DNA of 64,000 bases from Amoebophrya sp. A120 (lineage: Eukaryota > Protista > Dinoflagellata), in contig CAJINV010000002.1 in NCBI GenBank assembly GCA_905178155.1, positions 1,609,216-1,673,215 of the forward strand, read 5' to 3'. Position 1 is the stretch's first letter; each line of letters starts with the position of its first letter. The position numbers were made by a program, and so were the translations under genes. Positions 11,068-24,382 of this stretch are shown one piece after another. The notes under the pieces are model-generated. The model made no database searches, had not been told where the DNA came from, and saw only the letters and a list, made by a program, of their open reading frames with translations.

Positions 11068-14000
11068 CTATTTGTGAACAATTCCTTGCGGGCGTACTAG
11101 ATGCTTACGTCCCGCGGCCTGGCGATCATTGTGGGAACGCAAGCCGGGGCCGGCCGCACGTCTGCCGGCGGGGCGCTGGCCAGTGGTAAGGCGGCCGCCG
11201 GCACATTCCCGGCGCGCTTGCAGAAGCGGCCGCGAAGGCCGGCTCCGGCCGTGGAAGCCAGTTGCCGGAGTGACGTGCGACACACCGCCATGAGGTCCTG
11301 CGCTAATGACTTCGCGCGCTCCCTCGGGTCGGTCGAGCCCGATTACGCCCGCGGGGGTGGCAGTGTGGTGGCCCGCACAGCTTTCACCCGCTTTGCCGCA
11401 GCGGCGTGCGCGGGCCGCGGCCGGCGATCGCGCACAACTGCAGGAAAAAGCAGCGCCGCGCAGCGTTGTGCATACAGCCCTGCGTCCTGCCTCGATCGGC
11501 CACCGCCGACTCAATCTTTCACCGCGCCCCTCCTCCTGCTTTTTCGTATTCTCTGTTCGCCGCAGCGGAGGCTCTTGCGGTCGGGATGCGGTGCAGAATA
11601 GCACCGCGCGGCGGCAGCAGCGGACGGCCCAATGTCCTTGCTTGCTGACGCGGGGCTCGTGTTCGAAAATTCCCGCCGCTGGACCGGGCCTATTGCGACA
11701 GCCCGCGCCGGGCAAGCGGTGCGAGAATGCCACTGCGCGAGGCGCGGCGGATCCCGCTGCACCCTTGCCCGCCCGCCGGAGCTGAACTGCGGGGCCGTCC
11801 GGGCTGGGGCCCACCGCGTCCAGGAATTTCCGAAAAGCCCGCTTGTGTCGGCGCCCCAGATAGTCCGCATCGAACGGAATCCGGCGCATCGCACAGCCCA
11901 CTGGTAGCCTTTTCGCGGTCTGACACCTTGGTCCAACCGTGAAAAACTGCCAAAGTGGAGCCTGTAAGGGGTAGCCCTTTTTTTGAAAAAACTGACGACA
12001 CCAGAAAAACAGATAGTATATCACAGAAAATCCAGAAGAAGAGCGCTTTCCAAATATTTTAAGGCATTTCCTTTTATTAAGTGCTTGTTATATGCTGAAA
12101 TGTTGGCCAAACTCAATCATTTTCTAAAATTCCAAAAACAGAAAAAATAGCTTACATTGAAAAAAAGGCAGAAAATGTCGACCAACTAGAAGAATGATAT
12201 GAAGTTGGAGTCTATATAGTGGCAAGGTATCAATATAAATTTCCACTTTAATTGAATTATGCTGAAACATTGAGACTTTTGAAAATTCTAAAATTTTCAA
12301 AAAGCAAAGGCGGGACGCTAGCTCAAAAATCTTGGCACACATACAAAAAAATAGCGCATTGACTTAATATTTAGGCATTTGCTTTCAATTCATTGCTTAA
12401 ATTACCTGCAATTCAATACCTTTCCCAAAATTTATTAAAACTAAAAAATTTCCAAGATTTTTCACAGTTGTAGAGAACCTCGAAAATGAAGGGAATTGCC
12501 TTACAAACGCAGTGCCTGCCTACCTATTAAAAGTCATGCACTATTTTACTAGTCAAGTTTGCCTGCATGAGCCCCTATATTGTAGATTTTTGCGATTTCA
12601 AAAATTTCAAAGAGTTTTCGGAAGTCCAAAACTTGCAAAAATCTCAAAATTGTGGACCTTGTGGACAATGCAAAAGGCACGCCGATGACGTTTCTGCTTT
12701 TCCGGCATTTTGTTAAACGCAATAATTCTCATTTCAGAAATTTTGCAGAAATTGTAAAAGTTCAAAAATTTTTGAAAGGTCCAGCCTTGGTGAAGTGCCC
12801 ATGAAATCTGCAGAAAAGACCAACCCGGAGGGGTGGCCCCTGTGGGTTTCTTCCCTTCCTTTCCATCAACAGAATCTGATCGAATCCCGGGCGGGAATCC
12901 AATGGCTACCCAAACAAAATCGCCCAGAATTCATAAGGTGCGCGCCCCCCCCCCCCCCCTGCCTGCGCCCGCCGCCGCCCCCGCCGTGAAGCTATGCGGC
13001 CTCTTCCCCCGCCTTGGTGCGCCGGGCCTACTCCCTTGGCCGCAAGGCGCTCGCTTTCCGCTGGCCTCGGGCAAGCGAATCGCGCTCGACCGGCTCCGCC
13101 CTTTCGGTCGACCATCAGGATCCCGCCCCCCGGCGGCGCCCCTTCTTGTGCGCCCGGGAATAGGCCGGCAGCGGGCAACGCTTTGCGCGGCGCCACCCTT
13201 TCCGCCCCCCCCCCCCCCCCCCCCGCAAAGCGGCTGCTTGCCGTCCTGCGCGCGGGGCGTGAAGCGCCGGGGCGTTCTTATTTGAAAGGCGACGGCCGGG
13301 GCATGCGGCGCGCAAGTAGCGCGGTACGCAAACGCCTCGGCCCGGGAGAAAATACTGCGGCCGGGAATGTTATTCATTCCGAGACCGCGGCCCCGCGTTC
13401 GAGGCCGGGAAAACCCCCGGCCGGCCGGCTTTGGCCCCCCCGCCGCCCTTCCCCCCTCTTTTTAAGGCCGGCCGCTTGCACAGACGCCCCTTCGGGGGAG
13501 GCGATCAATTTCATAGATAGGCCCGGCCGGTATTTTTCCGGCGTTCGCGGACGATACCTCTCGCGGGGCGCTGAACCCCTCAACCACCGGCCGGGAGCTG
13601 CTTCCCGCGGAAACGTTCGGGGCAGAGGGCCGACAACCATTCCGGGGGATCGGGCCAACAATCGGCCGAGGCTAGCGGCCCGGCAAGATCGGCGCCGGGA
13701 AATAAAAAAAAAAGGAGGGGGCGCGGAAGGGTTGCGCGGCGATTCGCCCGCGGGACAAAAAGACCCCCGTGCCGGAGCGGCGGCCCCCCCCCCACTGCTG
13801 CAACTACGCAAGACGGTAGCAACCGGATGGGCCGGGACTGCTACGGCGCTGCCCCTAAAGTGCGGAAGCTGATTCACCGGGGCCCCAAAGATTGACCCGG
13901 GCCGGAGAATACGGCGCCTGCGATCGACTCGGTCGAACCTATCAAGCGCGCCCCTCTCGCTCACATCGGAAAGAGATCCGGACCAGAACCACCAACACGA

Positions 14001-17000
14001 CCCGGAAACGATCCCGGGGCCCAGCTGCTAACTTCGACACAACACAGGAAGCGAACAAACCCACCCGAATCAACACACCGAAGGACGCCCGGAAGGCCCC
14101 CCCTCCTGATCGATGCGATCACCTGCCGGACGCCCATCGAGACTGACAGGCAAAGAAAAAGAAAAGCCGGACCCTCGACCCGAAACGGCCCCAATGACTA
14201 AACACGACAAAACGGCGACACAGAAAAGCGGCGCCATCTATTTAAACCGCGCCGCCCCCCGCGGAAAGAATATCCGCCCGGAGCCTAGCTCCCTAACAAT
14301 CTGGGAGGGACCGATGGGCCAGGGCCCGGCCCCCGGGGGGGGGCCGAGAGAATACGGGAACGAGAAAGAGAACCGGAACAACAGGAGTGACTGATACCAC
14401 GTGGCCCGGTCGAGCAAGCACACTCCTTCCGACGCGAATCATTACGAAACAAATGGCGGACATCGTCTGACCATCTCGATGTGATCCATCGTGAATAATA
14501 TGGAATCAGTGGCCTAGCTACTTTGGCAAATTGGCTGCCTCCCTCCACCCGATTCATGCCCATTCTTCATTCCGGTGGGCTTTTCTTCTACCGAGCGACA
14601 CGATCACGAAAAGGCACGTCGCTACTTCCTTCTACCCGCTAGCTGCTATCTGTTGGGCGGCTATCTCTGGGTGTGTAGATAGGTATGCGCATCGAGAGAG
14701 AGGTATGCTCCAGCTTCAGAAAAACTGCAAGAAAAAAAAAATCGGCGCGCGCGCCGGGCCTCGTCCGTGCGCAGACAGACAGACAAAAACAGGGATCGGC
14801 TTAGCGGAAGAATTCAGACGGGAAGCGCCTGTGTCGGTGAAGCCACTACTTTTCGCACGTACGATAGAAAAGTAAAAGCGTTGAGTGGCCGCGCAGTTAG
14901 CAGGAAAAAAAATAGAAAGAGAGATAGAACAGGGGGCCTCTTCGGGGCGCGACGAAACTGCATTGAAAAAACCTGGACAGGGAAGAGGAAAGAAAAAAAG
15001 AAGAAGGGAACCCCCTCCCCAAGGTAGGAAGCGAGGGAAGCCGTAAAGCAAGAACAGCTGTAGAAGGAGCAGGGAAGTCGAGACTCGTTCTGTTAGTTTA
15101 TAAATTTAGGCGCGGAGCTGAACCGAAAGAACTTGGGGAAACCTGCAGAAGCCAGGAGCTGCTGGCGCAGAAAAAAGAAAAGAACAGAGAAACGGGCGCG
15201 AGCGGGTCGCTCTTGTTTTTCGGGCGAAGCAGACGCAGCGGAAGATGCCGCCGAAGAAGCAGAGCGCGGGCGGGTTTCGCAAGGCGGGCGCGCCGGCGGC
15301 GGGTTTGGGTTCGGGGATGCACACCCCGCGCGAACCGCAGGCCCGGCCCTTCTCCGCCGTGCTGTGTGCGGTCTTGGTCTTTGTGCCGTTTGCCTTGGAC
15401 ATGGCGGGCATCACCCTGACGCCGGCCGACGACTGCGACGGCGGGCGGGCTGGAACCTGGTGCGTGCTCTTGTTCCACCTTCGCGCCGTGCTTGGCTGCG
15501 GTCGGGGGACCTCCTGCATTCGCGCCATGTCCCCTCCCCCATGGAGGGCTTTCGTTTGCTGGTTCGCGGGGCGGTCGCAGTCGCCGACGCGGGCCGCCTT
15601 CCTGTGGTTTCCGTCGATTATTCGGGGGGCGGCTACTTGTCGGCGCTTCCATTTCTGCCCGGCACCACTGGCGCCGGCGGGGTCTTTGGGCTTCTTGGCA
15701 ATTTAGTCCGGTGGACGGCGGTCGCGGGGCTGGCCCGCCTTTGCTGGCAACGCATTGCCATGGGCATGCGCCGGACGACCACCGACGTGCCCGGGTCGCT
15801 AACGATGACCGCGGAACAGCCCGGGGGCGGTTCTTTCCGGTTTGTCTTGCGGGACTACCTCGGCGCGATCGCGTACACCGCTACCGCGGGCGCCTCCTTG
15901 CGGGGGTCTTTGCGGGAAGGCGCGGAAGGGTTGCCCATCGACCTGAACCCGCGGCCGCGGCATCTGCGGGAGACATTGCGCGGGCTGGTCTGGCCGTGGA
16001 CTTTCGCCGCGCCGCAAGATTTTCCGGAACCGCAAAACGACGGGCCCGCGGTTGGTCTTGCGGACTTGCTGGCCGCGGGCGAAGCGGCGCCGGCCGCGCC
16101 TGGAGAAGTGGCGCCCGCGCCGCGGGGCCGCCCGCGGCGAAACAACAACAACGCCGGGAGCGACCTCGCGGGGCGGCTGCAAATGGGAGACGGCTGCGCG
16201 GGCGGGCTGGACCTGCTCGGAACAACGGGGTCGCCGGTCCTGCCGGGCCGCCCGCTATCGGGGCGCCGGCGTTGATGCCGCCGCCGGGGCTGCCACAGTT
16301 GCCATTGCCACTGGAAGCCGCCGGGAAGGGCGACGGGAAGAAGGGCACGGGGAAAAAGGGAGACGGCAGGGCCGGCCTGGCGGGCAAGGGCGAGAAGGGA
16401 GACGGCGGGAAGGGAAACCGGGGCGGCTCGTCGTCCTCGCGGCTTGCGCCGTTTTCTATGCACGAAAAAAGAAGAGGAAAAAAGACAACAATAGGGGTGT
16501 TAGGACGGGTCATTGACTGGAAGGGGGGGGACGAAAGCGGGGGGGCGCGCAGGCGTTCGGCGCGGGCGCGCGCGAAAAGAGGGGAAAACGCGCCGCGCAA
16601 CAGGGGCCTGGTGGACGCAAACACAATGAGATAGATGCGGGGGTGGCTCGGAGGGCACCTCTGGAACAAAGGAAAAAAGCGAGGAGGTGGAAACATATTT
16701 CCACCAGAACCAACGATCGGAATACATGAAAACACCACACGAACCATACACCTTGGCATTGAATCCATCCGACTAATCTGCGTCTTCATCTTGATCACGA
16801 TATTGATTCCATCTTCATCGCGATAAAGAAAATACTACATATCCATCCACATATCTTTTGCAATATTATATCTGGATAAAATTTCGATACATCTCTTGAT
16901 TCATGAAAGATTCCATGAAATCTCCGAAGGAATTCACGAATATCTCATCAGAAGATTGATATCCAGAAGAAAAGTTGCAACGATATATTTCTTTCATATT

Positions 17001-18700
17001 GAGAACAAAGAAAATCTCATATGAAATCAGAAGAAATTCATATGGGAAAACATCTATGAATTTTTTTCGTATGGAAAAGATATTTGATATGGAATCGAAA
17101 AGAATAGAAAGGAGATCTTCCATATGATATTCACAAGATGATAGATATCTTCTATGTTGGAATTTCTTTGTGGGAATATCTCTTTTATCATTTTCATTTC
17201 ATCCAATCCTGAAAATGATAGATCCGATCGGAAGACCATTTTTTCTCAATCAATTTCGATATTCATCTCGATCGGATGATTAGAACAGATTTCAACCATT
17301 GACATTATACCCAGATTGAATGGAAAGAAAGAATGAAACCAGGAAGCTACCCAAAAATCTGGACATGGGAGGAATCACAGAACGATGAAAACAATCGAAG
17401 GAGCTTTGGAATAGAAAAACAATAAACATAGACATTGGATTTTTTATTGACAAATAGAAATCTCAAAATAGATTTACTATTCTTATTCACTTTGAATTCT
17501 TATGTTTGTTTGTTTGTTGCGAGTGGTCACATGGAACCGGTTGAAAATCGTTCTTTCATCTCATATGTCTAGCGCTATTTCAATAAATGAATTCTTATGA
17601 TTTTCATTTTCTTATTCTCGACGAGAACAACTTGCTATTATTTTCTGAAAATTCGATAGGAAGAACTTCTTAAATATTTTCTTAGATGGATTTCAAACTC
17701 AATTGTAATCGATTTATCTTCACAACATTATTTCAGATTTATCATTATGCTAATTTTGAGAGAGAACGAATTGATGATGAAAGAAGAAGGACAATCTCGG
17801 ACCGGGCCTACGATGAATTTGAATCATGCCCATGACATGACCACCCAGAAAGAAAGAAAAGCCATGACTTCAAAATAATAATCAAGACCCTAAAAAATGA
17901 ATCGATCCGAAAGATTTATGCAGACAATCATCTCAATCGAATCTTCCATTATTCGAATCAATGAATTCATTATCGATCAAAAAGTCAATGTATTTTATTT
18001 GAGAGATGAACATGATGAAATTGAATTATGGACCCACTCATGGATGTGGATGAAAGAAACAGAATCTCTTGATATTTTTTCTGATTTTTTTTTACCTATG
18101 AGAAAGATAAAAACCACGAATTCTATGTTGGATTGAAAAACACGAATTCTAGATGGAATCTTTTGTGGATATCGGATCTCTGGTGCAACATTTTATTTTC
18201 TATTCAACCGATCGATCAAGAAGACCTACACCTACGACAAATTTGAATCTATCATCGATATTTGAATATTCCAGATATGAGATGACCAGAAAGAAAGAAA
18301 AACCGAGGCAATTTAGTTGCGATTATTTCTATATTCTCCTAGAGAATCACTTTTTGAATGATTCATTTGAAAAAGAAAAATATGATTTTGGATTCTGGAA
18401 TTTCGTTCTATCAATCTGATTTTTCCATGATCATGATTGAGATTTTCTTCATCATTCAAAGAAATATTTCGACACGAAGGACCACTAGAGAGAGGAAAAA
18501 GAGAATACATCGGAACTTTTTGGACCTTGAACATTTGACGCCATGCCCGGGCATGGAAAGAAAGAAAGAAAGAAATATTTCGAAATCATGCCAACATCCG
18601 GATAAGAAATCAGAATGAAATGACAAATGATTATCTCATGGATACAGAATTCTGAAAAAAATCTATTTCAAGGTGAAGCCGACGACGAAAATGAGATGGT
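11068..18700. other. Compositionally extreme, introner-free block (GC-rich 11.1-11.95k and 12.8-16.6k; AT-rich 12.0-12.8k and 16.7-18.7k); possibly decayed mobile DNA
   Basis: Abrupt composition shifts, poly-C/G runs, frameshifted ORF fragments (15245-16634), no recognisable domain. Confidence 0.35.
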
Positions 18701-19984
18701 GAATTATTGTGACAGCGGGATTTTGCCCGTTTAGTCAGGATGCCACGGCTGGATTACTTGCTGACCCTTCGCATGAAAAAGGGGAAAATAGTCAAACTTC
18801 TGATGCTTCTATCAGAATTTCCTTTGGTTTTTTTTGTGCAATGGGAAGTGGCAGATTGTACATGGGTGTTAAAATCGTGACGCAATTTTTGCGTTTTGTT
18901 TTTTTTCTTGCAAACTCCCTCGTGTGTTTTCTTTGGACCGCCCGCGCAAAAATAAATAAACTAGTAGGTACCTCAACTATACACGTGGTGCCACAACTCA
19001 AGTGGTCAAAACGCGCGGCGGCACCATGTCGACACGGGAAAGCCATCATGCTAGCCGCATTTTTGCGCGGGTTCAAAAACTTCAGTAAGCATGTCATTCA
19101 TGCATCGTGTAGAGCTAAAATTCTATGCAATAGCATTCGCCACTCTCATCTACCAACAATGGGTTGGAAGCGTAGATTGTGCACAAATTTAGAGTAGAGT
19201 CTGCCGATGAAATCCTTACTGTTCAAAATACGATCATTGCTCAGCTCGCCCACACAAAATGAATATGGCCGACACTCTCTACGAAAATGGTCTTGATGCA
19301 AATGTGGATTTTAGTTTTGCCTCGGTGTCAATACGTATGGCTTCACAAAAAGCCCTTTCTGTCGCGATTTATTTTTTGCGCCGCGTTTCTTCTGCACAAA
19401 AAAGTGCATCTACGCTGCATCAAACTGCGCGGCGCCACGACTCTGGCGCATCTTCGTGTAAAAAGGACGCCGCATGATAGCGTGATGAAAAGAGAAGGCT
19501 GTTCTGCTTCACTGTTTGTTCTAGACGTGCTGTTGCAGTACTTATGTGTGTTTACTGGGTTGGTCATGCAATGCTACCTCAAAAAAACTTGAAGGCATCT
19601 GAGATGTCTTCTGGTCTGCCGCAACGACAGTTTCGCTGCGCAAACTCTCAAAAAATTGTATTGCGCTCGATAAGGCAGAATGAAATTAAATCATACACGT
19701 TGTAGAAATGGTTCTCGGCTGTTGTCGACAAGAAAAGTAGGCACTACTTGAAGTTGCGCTTATTGTCGAAGATAAAAATCAAGATGACACTATAGTGGCA
19801 TTCTTTCACAAAGGGCGGCGGAGTGCTATAATTTCCTACATCGTCAAGAATTTCTGGTACCAAAAGGAAAAAGTCGAACAGCGGGCAGAAACAAAATCCG
19901 ATTGCAATGGATTCGCTCAGTGGCGGAACCACGCTTCAGCTTTGGGGTGCTTGACTACTAGGCGCAACTTCGTGCTTCTCCCGC

Positions 19985-22900
19985 TTACATGGCTCGCCCG
20001 CCCCGGTTCATAGCTGATAAAGCCCAGGACGCATCAGATTTGTGGCGCTCCTTGATTTCCGCAAGAACGGCGTCTCTATTTCCGTCGTTAGGCGAAGTTG
20101 TGGCTGTGTTCCTTTTCCGAAAAGCCTGAAAGGCGTACTCAAAACCTCCGGCCAGCTCAAAATTAGTGGATTCTGGCGCAGCATTATCATACTTCGACAG
20201 AAATGCTGTGTGCAGTGCCTTGAAAAAGCCCCGCTGCTGGCGGTGCTTCAAGTCCACAAAATCCAACACCTCAACATAGTCTTGAAACAACTTGTGCCAG
20301 TACTCCTCAGTGCGTGCCGCACCGGAGTTATAGACCGGCGATGCGGAAATGTTTTGTTTCCCACTCTCTTGCTGCATGCGCACGAACGCCCGCTGCATGG
20401 CCCAGAAGAGTTGGCTGTCTTCAGCGGCAAAAAGGATGCCCGGATACTCGGGTAGACGGACGACCTGTATGTTGCAGATGATCCAGAAATTGTTTTTTCT
20501 GTGGAAAATAAAACCAGCTAAGAATCAGTGACCTTCGTCTCTCGATGCCGTTGGAAAGAGAATTATGCAGAAATTGCGCGGCCGCAGCAAAAGTATGGAT
20601 TGTTTGAGGGACCAGCTGTTGCTGGGCTCTTGTCTTCTTTGCCGAACTTCTAGTATGCGATGAGACAAACAAGGCGTGCGTCAACATAGTGCTAGATAAA
20701 ATAGTACCCGGAGCTTGTGACGCCATTCGGCTTCTGACTGCGTGTGATTTTTGTTTTTCATTATTTGTACAAAAATTTCAGCCAGCTCGTCGATGGTGTT
20801 AGGCACAGCAGGGTTTCCACTCTCCAAGAACCGCAGCGCGGTTTGTCCACAAAGTTCTTCCCCTTGTTTTCCCTGTTTATGGAGCTCTGCTGCCGACTGG
20901 AAAGGGACAATCAGCTCCCCCTCGCGCGGCTTCAGGACGACAGGGGTCGTGGTTTTCGGCTTTATTTTCGGCTGCTCTGCGTGCAGCATTCCTTGCTTTG
21001 CTACCTTTCGCCATGCTTTTGGGGAGACGCCTGTTTTTCTAAGCAAACTGAGTCCGCGTTTGCTTCTGGCCGCCGGGCGAGCTTTTCGTTTCTTCTGCAC
21101 ACGGCCTGCAGAACTACTGGAAGCAGTAGCAGGCTCTGTCGGAGCAGCAACGGCAGAAGCGACTTGAGCAGCAGAGGAAGTAACATTACCCTCCAAGTAA
21201 GGGTCAGAAGTGGCAACGGCCCGCTTCGTGGACGCAACAGAAGGCGACCTCGAAGGAGCTCGCGCGGTGGAGGACGTCGTGGATCCAGCAGGAAAGATAG
21301 AATAAGGATCTTCGACCGCAGCTGGAGCAGCTCCGGTGTGGGCTTCATCTCCGACGTCGGATTTATCAGCAGGAGCTGCTTCTTGTTCATCATCCTGCTC
21401 GTAGGACCCGTACATGGCCGATACGCCCTGATACGGATCGTTTACCGCAACGACTGACTGCGCATCGTCTTCTGCAGGAAAAGCAGGCTGTTCTTGCGGC
21501 GCAGAAGGATCTGCTGTAGTCCACCTCTCAGGAGCTGCTCTACCGCTTGTCGCAGCTGTTTCGGACGAGATGTTGGACGAAGCAATCGAAACTGGAGCAG
21601 GCGGTGCATGAAGGCGCGACGCCGGCTGCTGCGTTGGTCTCCTTTCCTCGTCGCAGACAGTCACTGGCGCAAGAGTTTTTTGGCGTGGCGGTTTATTTTC
21701 CCTCGGAACAGCAAGAACTTCTTTGTTTATTTCCTCCGGATGTAGTTCGACATTATACCAGCGGCTGACGACAGCAGCCGGGGTATCGTCTTGTGAACTC
21801 GTCCTGGGGCGGCGTTTAGCTGTACTAGTACGCGCAGAAGACGCAGCAGCTTGACGTCGTGTTTGCGGTACAACGACAGAAGTGGGAGGTCGAAAGTGTC
21901 CTGTTACCGTCTCTACCCCAAATTCCCCTACTTCCACGTCAGCGGGCGCGCTGGTGGCGACACTGGGACACGGCGACGGGCTCTCTCGGCGTTGCACCTT
22001 CGGCGCCGGCGGCTGCATAGAAGCAGCCGACGACCGCTTTTTGGTGGTCTCTTGCACCATGATTTTCTTCTTGTTCTTTTCCCGTCCGCCTTTCTGTGAT
22101 AGCGGCGTTGCAACCTGAGTAGGTGGTACATACTGTGGCGGAGGATTTTTGCTCGTCAGGGGAGCGGCCACGGCGTCCTCTCTGTCGCCCTTTTTCGATG
22201 CGCGCAGCCCTCCTTGGTGCCGCGCCGTACCATCGTGCCATAGTTTTATTACCGTCTTGCGCGACTGCTGATTGGCGATCCGTGTTTTTTTGGAAGATGC
22301 ATTCGAGCTGGAAGAGCTGCTGCTGCTGGAAGAATTGGAGGACGAAGAAGCAGATCTCGCTCTCGTCGTCCGCTTTGATGTAGTTCCCGCGGCTCCCTGT
22401 CTCACGGAAATGGGGCGCGGGTTCTCAAGAATTGTGTTCATCTGCGCTTCAGGAACACCAGTGTCTTCCACGCGTGGCAGTGCAGCTCCCGCACGACCGT
22501 TGCTGCTAGCGCGGCCCACAAAATGCGGCGGCGGAGGGATGGGTTCCTCGGTGGGCGAAGCGAATTTCTTTTCATCGGCAACGGGAACAGGAATCTCGGT
22601 GGGCGAATCATCTGCGTCCAGCTTTTCCTCATCGGCGGAAGCTGCATCTTGTTCCCCAACAGTCATCATCTCGCTCGGGTCCTGCACCGGTGGCCGCGCT
22701 TGCGGTTCCGGCCCACGTTCTTCTAGCTCTAAAAGTTCGTTCAGCCATGCGTTTTTCGAGTCTGGCTCTGGGTCGCGACCGCCCGGTAGTGGGATCCTCG
22801 GAACCGGCCGCGGCTGTTGGGATTTGTCAGCCCCCTTGCTTGTAGTGTTTTGGTCTTCAACAGGAGGAAAACTTGTTCTACCAGCGGTTTTCGCTTTCGC

Positions 22901-23125
22901 CCTTGCGGCTTCCTGCTTCGCCTGCAACCCTGCAAACCCAAACTTCGCCGGCCCTTTGGTCGTGGCACCATAGTCTCTTCGCAAAACCACCGAAGGGGTT
23001 GGACTGGAGGCACGAAAATTGTTGTCCGCACCCTGCACCACCAAGGTGGATGAAATGAACGCCGAAGCGAAAATTATGCTCACCGGGAGCGAAAAGCGAA
23101 CCTTGTGTAGGGCTTTCTGCATCAT
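19985..23125 (-). CDS. Secreted low-complexity (Ser/Ala/Pro-rich) hypothetical protein, probably with canonical introns at the 3' end
   Basis: 814-aa ORF 20681-23125 with signal-peptide-like N-terminus (FSLPVSIIFASAFISSTLVVQG). Likely continues via GT-AG introns into ORF 19985-20398. Confidence 0.55.
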
Positions 23126-24382
23126 GTTGTATTTTTCTGGTGCTGCAACAAACCGAAGGATTATCTGCGGTGAGAAAGAAATTAAAGTTAAACAGATTGA
23201 AACTGAGATTGACTCATCAAAAAATAAAGCTAGCGTTACTGCTGTTTTATGCTACTTACTCGTGTTCTTTAATTCTGTCGCGCGATTGAATATGAAGTTG
23301 AACTGCTTTAGTCGAAAGCGAAAAGACACTATGGAAATAAGCCTGTTCATTTTGGTGAAAACAGATATCCATCAAAATTTTTATCCCGGCTGACGCAACA
23401 TGGTTCTCACGCCAAATGAAATTTCATCGACCTGGAACAACGTTCACATGATCTTGCATTTGCGGAGCTTTGTCGGCTTGGAACCTTCGCAGCGGGGCGT
23501 TCGAACGACCACCCGGAGGAGCTTCGAAGTTTTTATGTGTGATTCTTATGTGGATGTGAAAAAGATTTTGTGCTTTCAATATTCTGGATCAACAATACAG
23601 CGTATGCTGCATGAGAGACGTGTCTGGCAATGCGGGTAAAAACTAGTACATCATTATTTTCATTTGCGGGGGTACATTTGCATTTTGATTTTTGACCTCA
23701 ACTTTTCTTCATAATCGTACATAAAGTTTTTCTCGTCGGTGTGAATTAGTTTTATTCATCATTTCTACTTGACTGTATACCAGCAGCAGCACACAATTTC
23801 TACCAGCAACACGCACTAGATTGCGCACTGCGATTTGGTAAAAGTTGGTGATGCCACAGTTGTGTTTCGCTTATTTGGAAAATGTTAATAGGTGTTAATA
23901 ATCTGGATGGCAACAGCCTCCGTTTTTATCGTATTGGGGTTGTATCGGTTGAGTTTGAAACTTTTATGCATAGGATTACTCGTCTTGCGCTCAAGCGTAT
24001 TCTTGGAATGATCGGTGGTATTTCCGTATAAGAATACTGGCATTTTGTTCTAAACATGATCGTACAAATGTTTCACCTTGTCATTTTACATCAAATGTGT
24101 TTGAGTTGCTTCGAATAGTATTGGTTTTAAGCTGAACAAGTTATGGTGATCTGTTGCTACTCTTGTCAATATTTGTTGAAACTTTTGCTAATTAGATGAA
24201 ATTCAAGTCGGAATAAACTTCCCGTTGCTATTTGAGAAAAAAAGGAAAAGCTGTGCTTTTGTACGATTGAAAAAATGATTTCAGTTGTCGTTGCTATTTG
24301 AGGTCTATTTACAAAACTTTTCGTTGCTCCAAGTTGTACCTGCAGATAATTTTTTGCAGTTTCAGAAGCGGAAGACACGCTT

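Noticed and set aside
11068-16798. Long overlapping ORFs (292-380 aa) as real genes or as the introner transposase
   Set aside because: Expected from stop-codon scarcity at very high GC; no DDE, RT or recombinase motif recognised; no introner TIRs bound the block
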